From positions 40,218 to 72,217 of the forward strand of contig CAYNTP010000021.1 in NCBI GenBank assembly GCA_964400415.1: a stretch of DNA of 32,000 bases, in the 5' to 3' direction. Positions within the stretch are counted from its first letter, which is position 1. Every line of letters begins with the position of its first letter. Under the pieces are notes generated by a model. That model was given only the letters and a program-made list of their open reading frames with translations, made no database searches and was not told the DNA's origin. Both the position numbers and the translations under genes were made by a program. Source of the stretch: an uncultured Parafilimonas sp. (GTDB lineage Bacteria > Bacteroidota > Bacteroidia > Chitinophagales > Chitinophagaceae). Shown here one piece after another: positions 15,385 through 26,953 of this stretch.

Positions 15385-17682
15385 TTATTGTATCTCACCT
15401 AACACTTCATCCAGGTTATCTGCTAATGCTTTCGCATTTTCTTTATTAAATACAATCGGCGGTTTTATTTTGAGCACATTGTGCAATGGCCCATCTGTAC
15501 TCAACAAAAATCCACGGTCTTTCATTTTTTCTACAATAATATCTATTTCAGGTATTGCAGGTTCTTTCGTTTGATGGTCTTTTACCATTTCAGCGCCAAT
15601 GAACAAACCATGTCCGCGCACATCACTGATGATCGGATATTTTCTCATTAACAGCTTTAATTCTTCCATTAAATAATTCCCTGTCTCCAATGCATTTTCC
15701 TGCAATTGCTCATCTTTAATCACATTTAAAACAGAAAGGCCTGTTACCATCGAAACCGGATTACCACCATAAGTATTGAAATATTCCAAACCATTATTGA
15801 ACGCATCAGCAATTGCATCGGTTACTACAACTGCTGCTAAAGGATGACCGTTTCCAATTGGTTTACCCATCACCACAATATCAGGTTCTACATTCTGTAA
15901 TTCAAAGCCCCAGAATTTTTCACCAACACGACCAAAACCTACCTGCACTTCATCAGCGATACAAACACCACCAAAACTGTGAACATGTTCATACACATTT
16001 TTTAAATAGTTTTCAGGCAATGGTATTTGCCCACCCACACCTAAGAGTGTTTCACAAATAAATGCAGCAGCAGGCGTTTTCTTTTCTTTTAATTGCTGCA
16101 AAATTTCCAAAACAGATGCAGCATATTTTTCACCGGCATCTTTATCATCATACTGAAATTTTCCGCGATATAAATCCGGTGATAGCGCTTTGTGTATATA
16201 TGGTTTTTGTCCACTTCCACCTTTGCTGTCAAATTTATAAGGGCTCATTTCAATCGCAAGTGTTGAAGTGCCATGATAAGCATGATCAAGCACAATCACA
16301 TCATTGCGTTGTGTGTAATGCCGTGCCATCCGGATTGCAAGGTCATTGGCTTCACTACCTGAATTGGTAAAATAACAAACCTTTAGTTTTGATGGCAATG
16401 TTGCAGTCAATGCTTTTGCATAATCAATGATAACATCGTTCAGGTATCTTGTGTTGGTATTGAGCTTAGCGATTTGTTTTTGCATAGCACGAACAACAAC
16501 AGGATGGCAATGCCCTACATGACTAACATTATTTACACAGTCTATAAAAGTATTTCCTTTATCATCATATAAATATTGCAAAGCGCCACGCACAATCTTC
16601 AGATGTTTTTTATAACTGATGCTGAGGTTGCGGCCAATAAAATTATCCCTTTCCTGTAATAAATTTTTATAATCATCATTCACATCAATGAGCGGTGCAA
16701 AGCCACACACATTCCTGAATGCATCAGCAGCTTTGATTGGGTTGATTTGAATAAGTTGAAACAATAATTTCCATGCTGGTTGTTCTGTAATAAAATGATG
16801 TTCATTATTACTATTTAATGAAGCATAAAAAGCAGATTGTGTAACACTGATACAGAGACGGGCTGCAATGAGATAATACAAAATATCTGTTTCTTCAACA
16901 GTGAGCGGGTTAACTTCATGATAACCTTTCACAACCTGCTTTGCAACAGTAAGTGGGTCATCTGAATGCAACATAGAATATGTGCACGCAACAGCTACAT
17001 TATTAATCAATGCAGAATATACCATATCACCAAAGTCAATCAAACCTGTAACTGCATCATCATTCACCAGCACATTATAATCGTTGGCATCATTATGAAT
17101 GCATGCTTTGCGAAGTCCCTGCAATACGGGCAAAGCTTCTATTTGAAACTGCAATAAAAAATAATTGGCAATCCTCCTCTTTTCATGGTCTTTAATAAAA
17201 TGTAATTTTTTTTCAGCCAATGTTGCTTCGCTGATGTCCCACAAGTAATGCCTTTCAATTACCGGATGAAAATATCCTTTCATGGCTACATCCATTTTTC
17301 CCAAAAAACTTCCAAGACTTTCACAGAGCGTTGTTGTTTTATTTTTTTCATCCACCCAGAATTTTCCTTCCAGGAATGAAAGGACCCGAATGAAATATTT
17401 TTTTCCATCACTTTCAACAATCGTAATGGACTCTCCATTTGCATTAGGAATTTGTTTTTGAAAAATATTTTTCAAAAATGAATTTGCCAGCAGGCCCAAT
17501 ACTTCAGTTTGTGCTTCGATAAAAGGAAAATTATCCTGGGAAACTTTTAAAATAAATTTTTCCCGGGCAGGTGTTTGCAACAAAAAATTTTGTTCATCAT
17601 AACCTGCAAGCCAGGAAATGTTGGCATCTATGTTATAGAACTCTTTTACAAGTTGTGTAATCTGTTCGATGGAGAAAGTCAT
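15385..17682 (-). CDS. Fusion protein: N-terminal APH-type (aminoglycoside/hydroxylysine-kinase-like) kinase domain + C-terminal class-III aminotransferase-fold domain of the phospho-lyase (ETNPPL/PHYKPL-like) subfamily
   Basis: 765 aa. Kinase motifs ACIHNDANDYNVLV (HxDxxxxN) and GLIDFGDM. PLP-domain motifs NSGSEANDLAIRMAR, IADEVQVGFGRVGEKFWGFE, PDIVVMGKPIGNGHPLAAVV (Schiff-base Lys). Confidence 0.8.
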   Translation of the reverse strand: MTFSIEQITQLVKEFYNIDANISWLAGYDEQNFLLQTPAREKFILKVSQDNFPFIEAQTEVLGLLANSFLKNIFQKQIPNANGESITIVESDGKKYFIRVLSFLEGKFWVDEKNKTTTLCESLGSFLGKMDVAMKGYFHPVIERHYLWDISEATLAEKKLHFIKDHEKRRIANYFLLQFQIEALPVLQGLRKACIHNDANDYNVLVNDDAVTGLIDFGDMVYSALINNVAVACTYSMLHSDDPLTVAKQVVKGYHEVNPLTVEETDILYYLIAARLCISVTQSAFYASLNSNNEHHFITEQPAWKLLFQLIQINPIKAADAFRNVCGFAPLIDVNDDYKNLLQERDNFIGRNLSISYKKHLKIVRGALQYLYDDKGNTFIDCVNNVSHVGHCHPVVVRAMQKQIAKLNTNTRYLNDVIIDYAKALTATLPSKLKVCYFTNSGSEANDLAIRMARHYTQRNDVIVLDHAYHGTSTLAIEMSPYKFDSKGGSGQKPYIHKALSPDLYRGKFQYDDKDAGEKYAASVLEILQQLKEKKTPAAAFICETLLGVGGQIPLPENYLKNVYEHVHSFGGVCIADEVQVGFGRVGEKFWGFELQNVEPDIVVMGKPIGNGHPLAAVVVTDAIADAFNNGLEYFNTYGGNPVSMVTGLSVLNVIKDEQLQENALETGNYLMEELKLLMRKYPIISDVRGHGLFIGAEMVKDHQTKEPAIPEIDIIVEKMKDRGFLLSTDGPLHNVLKIKPPIVFNKENAKALADNLDEVLGEIQ

Positions 17683-17893
17683 TAGCTATGAGATATTTTA
17701 TTTAATTATTCTATAATTTCAATTATTTTCAATCAATCTTTTCAAAAATAATCTTTAGATATTGATATACCTGTTAAACTATTTTTCGAGGATTAGTAAA
17801 CTCCATATCAAGAAACAAAATGCAGTATTGATAAATGTTTTTATTAAAAAATCGAACTATATCATCTAAATATTTTTAAAAAGGATAAATTCT

Positions 17894-17966
17894 AATGTTC
17901 CTTCAGGAACATTTCGTGTGTAGATAATCATTTTTCAATCCATTGATCAGCGTTCCGTAGGAACGC
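17894..17966. repeat. Two REP-like palindromic elements on the 3' side of the RayT gene
   Basis: AATGTTCC-TTCA-GGAACATT (17894-17913) and GCGTTCC-GTA-GGAACGC (17950-17966). Each is the reverse complement, with extended flanks, of a REP copy on the other side of the gene. Confidence 0.75.
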
Positions 17967-17972
17967 ATGATG

Positions 17973-18443
17973 CTATTCCAGTTGTTTAAAAATATATTTT
18001 TCATCCCATTCAATTTCAAACGCATCCAGGAACCTTTTATATTCATCTAAAAATGTTTCTTTTCGGTGATGTATTTCCTGGTTTTGTATATAACGGATTA
18101 CATTATCCACATGGCTTTTTGAATAGGAGAAAGCTCCATATCCTTCCTGCCATGCGAAAGGGCCAGAACATAATTTTTGCTCTTTGATCCATTTGCTGCT
18201 TTCTGTTTTTACGTTTTGAATTAATGATGATATTGATTGATGTGGTCTCATACCAATAAAAATATGGATGTGATCAGGCATTCCGTTTATTTGTAACATT
18301 TTGTGTTGATTATTCTGGAAAATACCGGTTATGTATTGATATAATCTTCCTTTCCACTCATTCTCAATTAGCGCTGCCCTGTATTTTACTGCGAACACAA
18401 ATTGGATATGGATCTGTGTATATGTATTTGCCATAAAAATCAA
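17973..18443 (-). CDS. REP-associated tyrosine transposase (RayT / IS200-family Y1 HUH transposase-like)
   Basis: 156 aa; the likely true start is MANTYTQIHIQFVFAVKYR at 18434. HUH motif PDHIHIFIG; C-terminal region QEGYGAFSYSKSHVDNVIRYIQNQEIHH with the catalytic-Tyr region. It is flanked by inverted REP hairpins. Confidence 0.85.
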   Translation of the reverse strand: MIFMANTYTQIHIQFVFAVKYRAALIENEWKGRLYQYITGIFQNNQHKMLQINGMPDHIHIFIGMRPHQSISSLIQNVKTESSKWIKEQKLCSGPFAWQEGYGAFSYSKSHVDNVIRYIQNQEIHHRKETFLDEYKRFLDAFEIEWDEKYIFKQLE

Positions 18444-18477
18444 TTTTGTGTTGATGTAATTTAATGTTTTGCATCAA

Positions 18478-18706
18478 ACGTTCCTACGGAACGCCATGGA
18501 TTTTTATAAAATCATTTTTCTACCCATCAAATGTTCCTACGGAACATAATGGAACATTTATCGGGTTTCTACCAATCAAATGTTCCTACGGAACATAATG
18601 AAATATTTAACGGGTTTTCACCTATCAAATGTTCCTACGGAACAATACCTTGTTCTGGTTATCCATCCTTTGTAAATTCTACCCATCAAATGTTCCTACG
18701 GAACAT
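18478..18706. repeat. REP cluster: one CGTTCC-TAC-GGAACG hairpin plus four copies of ATCAAATGTTCC-TAC-GGAACAT, three of them in ~49-bp tandem units
   Basis: Hairpin cores at 18478-18494, 18531-18547, 18580-18596, 18629-18644 and 18690-18706. The inter-core segments are themselves similar (AATGGAACATTTATCGGGTTTCTACC vs AATGAAATATTTAACGGGTTTTCACC). Confidence 0.85.
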
Positions 18707-18792
18707 TGCATTGTTCTGTATTAATTGCCATAATATCGTGAACACATACCATTTATTAAATTTTTTATGTCCCTTAGAATTGAATACTCTTC

Positions 18793-20814
<2,022 letters not shown>

Positions 20815-20992
20815 TTACCGCAAAAACACTAAGTCAGGAAGCTTCACAAAGGTCTTTTCATTTTTTTGTCGCAGTACTCCCTGATTTCTTCAATTCTTAG
20901 TGGTAAAACATTTGTTTTTTTCAATTTAATCTCAATGCTACTTTGAAGAGATAGACTCAATTATTTTACTTTTGTCACTTATAAATATGTTT

Positions 20993-23900
20993 CTACTTCT
21001 TTGCAACTTCCACCACATCCTCTCCTGCAAACACCGGCCTCAACGTAAACGAATATGAATAATTCCTGTAAGGCAACTGGTATTCCGAATGTGGCTTTGC
21101 CCCCCAGGCATTATCACCACCAACACCACATTGTGCATAATCAATATTCCACCAGATTAAATTATCATTATTCATAGAACCACCATGATTATTTTCTGGT
21201 GCATAACGGTCGAAGTTAAGCCGGTTCATGTTGAAATGCAGAATGCCTGTACTGATAAGAGAATCTGCCACAGCCACCAATCCATCTCCTTTTTTATTGA
21301 GCAAACCCACCCACCGGGTATCCGTACGATAACCACTTTCCTGTGCCCGTGCATAAGGATGAAACAATGAATCAGCAGGCATCGCAAATACATCAACGTT
21401 AGCTGCATATTTCCTGTCGGAATAATTATCAAACGGCCCCTTGCCCAGCCATTTTGCTTCATCATACCCACTGTTTAAAATCACCCTCATGCCAAAACGC
21501 GGCAACTCAGGTAATGAAGAATCACCAGCCAGCATGGTAGCATTTATTTTTACATCGCCATTTGCATTTATAATGTATGAAGTGATATACTTTGCATCAA
21601 CAGATGGTAGCAAATGAATAGTTTTTATTTCATACGCCAACTCATTGGATGTATCAATAATAAATGAAGTAAGCTTTGCATCATCAAATGCATGTTGCCA
21701 TACAGCGCAACGAACCTGCTGGCTGTTGCCGATATCATTATCTGTTGCTGCCCGCCAGAAATGTGGCTGCAATGCTTCCTGTATTAATTCATTTTTATTT
21801 ATACTGTATCCATTCAACAAACCTTTGTCCCTGTCAAAAGAGACAGAAAATTTTTCTCCCTTTATGATGATATTATTTCCATCTTTTTCTTCATGCAATT
21901 GTTGAAAACCCATTATTGATGGTAAATATGAAGCATCATAATATGGCAACCTGAATTGTTCAGTAGCTACAGTGAAACCTGCAGGAACCAATGGAGCCGC
22001 ATCTTTTGTAATTGCTTCAAGATTCAAAAAATATTCTGTGCGTGGCTGCACATTTATTTTTGGAAATGGTATGACAACAATCGTTGATTGACCGGGTGAT
22101 AAATTGATTGAAGGCAATTCACCCTTTGAAATTATTTTACCATCAGCTTTTATATTCCAACGGATGATATATTTATTTAAATTGGTAAAATCATACCTGT
22201 TGGTGATTTTTATTGCATTGTCGCTGAGTGGCACTGTTTCAAAATAAACATTCTGATAAACTTTTTTCAATTCAAAAGCCTGTGGATGTGGTGTACGGTC
22301 TGCAGCAAAAATTGCATCTGCAGGAAAGCTGGTATCACTCGTTGCGCCAACGATGCCCATATCACGTCCATATCCCCATATATTCCTTCCTTTCTTATCT
22401 TTTATTTTAAAAGTCTGGTCCACAAAATCCCAGATAAAACCACCCTGCAACTGGTCATGTTTATATATTAAATCCCAATCATCTTCCAGGTTGCCACCAC
22501 TATTTCCCATCATGTGTGCATACTCACATTGAATAAAGGGCTTAGGCCGCCACTCTTTTACATACTCCATCATCACACCCAGGTTTTTATACATCGGGGG
22601 AATGATATCGGTGTAAGGTGTATTCTGTGCTTCTTCATATTGCACTGGTCTGGTGTTATCATTCTCTTTTAAATATTTGTAAGTAGCAATAAAATTTTCA
22701 CCAAAGCGGCTTTCATTTCCCAATGACCAGGTTACAATGCAAGAAAAATTTTTATCTCTTTCAAACATGGCTGAAGTCCTTGCGAGGTATGCAGCTTTCC
22801 ATTCCGGTTTATCAGATAAAGTTTTTAACGGTGAAAAACTCATGCCATCACATTCAATATTGGCTTCATCAACCACATAGATTCCGTATTGGTCACAGAG
22901 CTCATACCACTTTTCATTATTTGGGTAATGGCTGGTACGTACTGCATTGATGTTATATTGTTTCATCAGCTCAATATCTTTCAGCATCAATGCCGGTGTT
23001 ATCACATTTGCAGTAAACATATCATGTTCATGACGATTAGCACCTTTTATTTTTATCGCTTTGCCATTTACCAAAAACAATCCATGTTTTATTTCAACAG
23101 TCCTGAAACCGGTTTTATGTACAATGGATTCTATGATGTTCCCATTTTTATCAAACAGGTTGATAACAACAGTATAAAGATTAGGAGTTTCTGCAGTCCA
23201 TTTCCGAACATCAGTTATTGTTGTATTGAAATGAAAATTTTTTTGTGTAAGAAATTCCTTTTTATCATACAAAGGCTTTTCATTAATACCATCCAACAAT
23301 TTTACCTGCAGCGATTTTGATGCATCTTCTTTTTCAAGACGGTTTAATTCTATATCCAGGCTGAAAATTCCGTTTGTATAATTTTCATCTAATCCTGCTT
23401 TAATAAAAAAATCACGAACGGAAGTTTTTGGTCTTGCAATAAGATAAATACTTCTTTCAATACCGCTGAGTTTCCACATATCCTGTCCTTCAAGGTATGT
23501 GCCATCACTAAACCGGAACACCTGCAATGCAACAATATTTTTCCCTGGTTTTATGTACGGTGTTATATCAAATTCACCGGGTGTTTTACTGTCTTTGTGG
23601 AAACCGACATATTTTCCGTTAATCCATAAATAAAAAAAAGAATTGACTGCACCCAACCTGATGAATACATCTTTTCCTTTCCAGTTTTTCGGTAGCTCAA
23701 AGTTTCTTTTATAAGAACCAACCGGGTTAAAATCTTTTGGCACATACGGCGGGTTGGGTGGAATAGGATATTCCACATCAGTAAAGATGTAACTATCATA
23801 TCCTTCAGTTTGCCAGTTGGCAGGCACTTTAATATTTTTCCAACCACTTACATCAAAATCATTTTTATAAAAATCAAGCGGGCGGTCTCCGGGATTTTTT

Positions 23901-24115
23901 ACAATATTAAATTTCCATACACCATCCAATGACATGACAAAAGCAGATGTGTCTGCTTTCAATGCTGCTTTTTCAGATTCATAAGGAATAAAATATGCAT
24001 GCGGCTTCACTGTATTGTATGAAGGCAGCTCTGGATTTTCCCAATCATTTTTTTGGGAATGAGCATTGGTATAAATAAAAGGGAAGAACAATAAGAATAA
24101 TAAAAATCTTTTCAT
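20993..24115 (-). CDS. lacZ: GH2 beta-galactosidase (LacZ-type), secreted
   Basis: 1040 aa with signal peptide MKRFLLFLLFFPFIYTNAHSQ. LacZ-type N-terminus NDWENPELPSYNTVKPHAYF. GANRHEHD, VRTSHYPN, WSLGNES (acid/base Glu), IQCEYAHMMGNSGG (nucleophile Glu), C-terminal small-chain domain. Confidence 0.92.
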   Translation of the reverse strand: MKRFLLFLLFFPFIYTNAHSQKNDWENPELPSYNTVKPHAYFIPYESEKAALKADTSAFVMSLDGVWKFNIVKNPGDRPLDFYKNDFDVSGWKNIKVPANWQTEGYDSYIFTDVEYPIPPNPPYVPKDFNPVGSYKRNFELPKNWKGKDVFIRLGAVNSFFYLWINGKYVGFHKDSKTPGEFDITPYIKPGKNIVALQVFRFSDGTYLEGQDMWKLSGIERSIYLIARPKTSVRDFFIKAGLDENYTNGIFSLDIELNRLEKEDASKSLQVKLLDGINEKPLYDKKEFLTQKNFHFNTTITDVRKWTAETPNLYTVVINLFDKNGNIIESIVHKTGFRTVEIKHGLFLVNGKAIKIKGANRHEHDMFTANVITPALMLKDIELMKQYNINAVRTSHYPNNEKWYELCDQYGIYVVDEANIECDGMSFSPLKTLSDKPEWKAAYLARTSAMFERDKNFSCIVTWSLGNESRFGENFIATYKYLKENDNTRPVQYEEAQNTPYTDIIPPMYKNLGVMMEYVKEWRPKPFIQCEYAHMMGNSGGNLEDDWDLIYKHDQLQGGFIWDFVDQTFKIKDKKGRNIWGYGRDMGIVGATSDTSFPADAIFAADRTPHPQAFELKKVYQNVYFETVPLSDNAIKITNRYDFTNLNKYIIRWNIKADGKIISKGELPSINLSPGQSTIVVIPFPKINVQPRTEYFLNLEAITKDAAPLVPAGFTVATEQFRLPYYDASYLPSIMGFQQLHEEKDGNNIIIKGEKFSVSFDRDKGLLNGYSINKNELIQEALQPHFWRAATDNDIGNSQQVRCAVWQHAFDDAKLTSFIIDTSNELAYEIKTIHLLPSVDAKYITSYIINANGDVKINATMLAGDSSLPELPRFGMRVILNSGYDEAKWLGKGPFDNYSDRKYAANVDVFAMPADSLFHPYARAQESGYRTDTRWVGLLNKKGDGLVAVADSLISTGILHFNMNRLNFDRYAPENNHGGSMNNDNLIWWNIDYAQCGVGGDNAWGAKPHSEYQLPYRNYSYSFTLRPVFAGEDVVEVAKK

Positions 24116-24465
24116 TTTTACCAGGTCTTAATTTTTTTCAAGTAAAAAATTTATTATTGAAAAAATACAATAATCTCAAAGTATGCCTATGCAATTTAAT
24201 GAAATGAACATCTCAAAAAGATAATACATTTCATGGATAATAGTTTACTGATATACCAGGTTAACTTAAATATACCATCCGGCTTATTAATTTTATTCTT
24301 TGCCAAAGTTTTTAATTGAAATGCTGAGTATAAGTAATAAAAACGTTGTATTGAAAGTAAAATGGATTTTTTAAAAACTTGTTTGCCTCAACTCATCCAT
24401 AACATGGATGAACAAAAAATGAAATATTGTTGCTTATCATTATTTTTACTGATAAATATTCAGAC

Positions 24466-24960
24466 ATGAAACCAATCCACTTTTTTATTTTTTGTGCAGC
24501 CCTGTTCATCAGTGCATGTAGCAACCCGAAAGATTCATCATCAACTTCAGACTCTACATCTTCAGTTGCTGAAACTACACCGGCAACAATGATGGCGGCA
24601 GCCGTTGACAGTGGTATCACTGGCAAGAAATGGAAACTGGTTGAATTAATGGGTAAACCTGTTGCAGATTCTGTGAATGGCAAAGAACCTTTCATTATGT
24701 TTAATAAAGAAGACAGTAGTTATGCTGCCAGTGGTGGTTGCAATGGCCTTGGTGGCAAGTTTGAATGGAATGAACAAACACTACGTATCCGTTTCAAACA
24801 AGGAATGTCAACCATGATGGCCTGCCCTGATATGACTGTGGAAGATGGGTTAAAAAAAGTATTAAGCGATTGTGATAATTATTCGCTTGGCGGCGACAGC
24901 ATCCTGACTTTAAACAAAGCAAGGATGGCTCCTCTAGCAATATTCAGGGCTGAAAAATAA
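24466..24960 (+). CDS. META-domain (HslJ-like) lipoprotein
   Basis: The track ORF starts at 24427, but MKPIHFFIFCAALFISACSNP (lipobox ISAC) begins at 24466. META-domain pattern: KKWKLVELMGKPV, GGCNGLGGKFEW, STMMACPD. Confidence 0.75.
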   Translation: MKPIHFFIFCAALFISACSNPKDSSSTSDSTSSVAETTPATMMAAAVDSGITGKKWKLVELMGKPVADSVNGKEPFIMFNKEDSSYAASGGCNGLGGKFEWNEQTLRIRFKQGMSTMMACPDMTVEDGLKKVLSDCDNYSLGGDSILTLNKARMAPLAIFRAEK

Positions 24961-25080
24961 TTCTACAACCTGTTTATGTTTAACGGAGTTATTTAAGGTA
25001 CTGCTGTTGAAATGATGCAACCTCAATCAGTCAGCACTCAAAAAAATATTTTATTCGAAAATGCCGGTACGTTAGATAAG

Positions 25081-25830
25081 TTATTTATTGCTCCACTGGA
25101 ATTTCTTAATACCGACAGCAAAAAACACTGCTGCATAACCAATTGTTGCCAGTAATGCTTCTGTGGAAGTGCTTGTCCATTTGGAAGGGTCAACAGCATC
25201 GGCAATGATTGTTTGCACTGTGCCATAAGGCGACCATATAACATATTTTTTGACGTAATCACCGAGTACTCCCAACTGCCCTAACATTCCCACCATAATA
25301 AAAATAAAATACACTAAACGCGTGGTGGACTGTACCACTTCAGGGTTTTTTATAAGCCCTACAATCACCTGCCCCATTGCGAGGTAAGCTGCAGCACCGA
25401 CAATGGCAGCCAAAAAGGCCAACGCATAACCAACTGAAGGTATCACAATGTGGTCTGCAAAATATCCCACTAACAAAACTGCAGCAGTAATAATAATTAT
25501 CATCAGCAACTGTACCAGCAGGCGGCTGGCCATGATGCTCCATGCAGGCAATGGAGCAACCCTTAACCTTTGAAAAACTCCTTTATCCCTGTCCCTAGCA
25601 ACACTATTGGTATAACCCATTAAACCGGTTGCCATCAGGCCCACCGTGATACAAGTGCCCAATGCAAATGCGCCACCAACCTGGTTGATTATTTCACGCC
25701 AGGAAAAAAGTATTATCACAGGCACCAATACGGTAAGCGTTACAGCCCTCCTGTTGCGCCATTGTGTGCGCAAGTCAGCGCGTAATAAAGATTTTAAAAC
25801 AGCAGAGGTGGTTGGTACTATTGCTTCCAT
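25081..25830 (-). CDS. ABC-2-type transporter permease
   Basis: 249 aa with six predicted helices. It lies immediately downstream (9-nt gap) of the ABC ATPase on the same strand. Confidence 0.75.
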   Translation of the reverse strand: MEAIVPTTSAVLKSLLRADLRTQWRNRRAVTLTVLVPVIILFSWREIINQVGGAFALGTCITVGLMATGLMGYTNSVARDRDKGVFQRLRVAPLPAWSIMASRLLVQLLMIIIITAAVLLVGYFADHIVIPSVGYALAFLAAIVGAAAYLAMGQVIVGLIKNPEVVQSTTRLVYFIFIMVGMLGQLGVLGDYVKKYVIWSPYGTVQTIIADAVDPSKWTSTSTEALLATIGYAAVFFAVGIKKFQWSNK

Positions 25831-25839
25831 CTTATTTAT

Positions 25840-26616
25840 TTAAATGCGGACTTCACGTCCGGTTAAACCGATAAATACATCTTCCAGGGTTATCTTACCC
25901 TTTCTCGAAACAGCTATTACTTCAGGGTCATTGCGGTGTAGGTCCATCAAAACCTGCGGCTCATCAATGGCAATGATTTTGCCATGGTCAATGATAGCGA
26001 TACGGTCGCAAACAGCTTCTGCTTCTTCCATAGAATGGGTAGTCAGCAAAATGCCACGGCCTTTTGCACGGATAGATTCCATCCTATCCCACAACTGCCT
26101 GCGTGACTGAGGGTCAAGGCCGGTTGTTGGTTCATCAAGCAATAATAATTTAGGATTATGCAATACGCATAAACTTAATGAAACACGTTGCTGTTGTCCC
26201 CCGGAAAGCTGACTGAACCTTTTATCTTTTGATTCGAGAAGATTATTCTCTGATAAAATTGTATTTAATTTTTCATCCGTTAATTCAACACCGTAAATAC
26301 CTGCATAGAGTTCAATAATTTCTGTAACTTTTAGTTCAGGTTGAAAGTTGGTGGACTGTAGTTGCACACCCATTGATGATTTTGCATATAAAGGTTTTTT
26401 CAGTGCATCATAACCGGCTACGAGGATAGTTCCGGAATGTGGTTTTATCAAACCTTCAATAGCGCTGAGTGTACTTGTTTTACCTGCGCCATTCGGGCCA
26501 AGCAAACCAAAAATTTCACCGCGCTTTACATGAAAAGTAACATCTTTTACAGCCTGGAAACTACCGTATTTAATGTTGAGGTTTTCTACATCTAAAATAA
26601 AATCATGATGATTCAT
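25840..26616 (-). CDS. ABC transporter ATP-binding protein (ABC-2 / DrrA-CcmA-like exporter ATPase)
   Basis: Walker A GPNGAGKTS, signature LSGGQQQRVSL, Walker B LLLLDEPTTGLD, H-loop TTHSMEE. Confidence 0.9.
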   Translation of the reverse strand: MNHHDFILDVENLNIKYGSFQAVKDVTFHVKRGEIFGLLGPNGAGKTSTLSAIEGLIKPHSGTILVAGYDALKKPLYAKSSMGVQLQSTNFQPELKVTEIIELYAGIYGVELTDEKLNTILSENNLLESKDKRFSQLSGGQQQRVSLSLCVLHNPKLLLLDEPTTGLDPQSRRQLWDRMESIRAKGRGILLTTHSMEEAEAVCDRIAIIDHGKIIAIDEPQVLMDLHRNDPEVIAVSRKGKITLEDVFIGLTGREVRI

Positions 26617-26953
26617 TGCATTTATTTTTTCAAAAGTAATGGCAGAGGCATGAGTGCAGGAAATTGAAAAAGGCTAACAGGTTCAGCATATCGGTAAATG
26701 CAGGATAAAAGCAGGTAAATCTTTTTTATAACAGAATTATAAAATCAATTTTTATAAAGCATGTTTCACATAAATAATTTCTTACCCATGTATTACCGGA
26801 ACATTATTAAATAAAAAATTTATTGCGCAATGATTTATTATCCTCGAAAAAATCAATCAATTTTTTAAAAGATAGCTACAAAACAAATCATGCAATCTGC
26901 CACTATGTTCATTTAGTATTTCAAGCTTAACTTTGCTGCTTCAAAAATAAATT

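Noticed and set aside
15813-16370. Plus-strand ORFs of 82 and 102 aa, plus similar ORFs at 668-976, 9053-9346, 10992-11261, 13555-13896, 22889-23320, 25844-26110 and 27568-27876
   Set aside because: All lie antisense inside long, motif-supported genes and translate to low-complexity or His/Cys/Leu-rich nonsense typical of shadow ORFs.
18520-18712. Regularly spaced ~17-25-nt palindromic repeats (periods 49, 49 and 61 bp) that look like a mini CRISPR array
   Set aside because: The 'spacers' are homologous to each other (AATGGAACATTTATCGGGTTTCTACC vs AATGAAATATTTAACGGGTTTTCACC), so this is a tandem duplication of a ~49-bp unit. The same hairpin occurs in inverted orientation across a RayT gene, and no cas genes or leader are present. 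It is a REP/BIME-type cluster.
24393-24695. 100-aa minus-strand ORF overlapping the META-domain gene, and the 24427 start of the plus-strand ORF
   Set aside because: The plus-strand frame has a clear lipoprotein signal and META motifs beginning at Met 24466. The antisense ORF has no motif support, and the 13 extra N-terminal codons (MLLIIIFTDKYSD) precede the real signal peptide.
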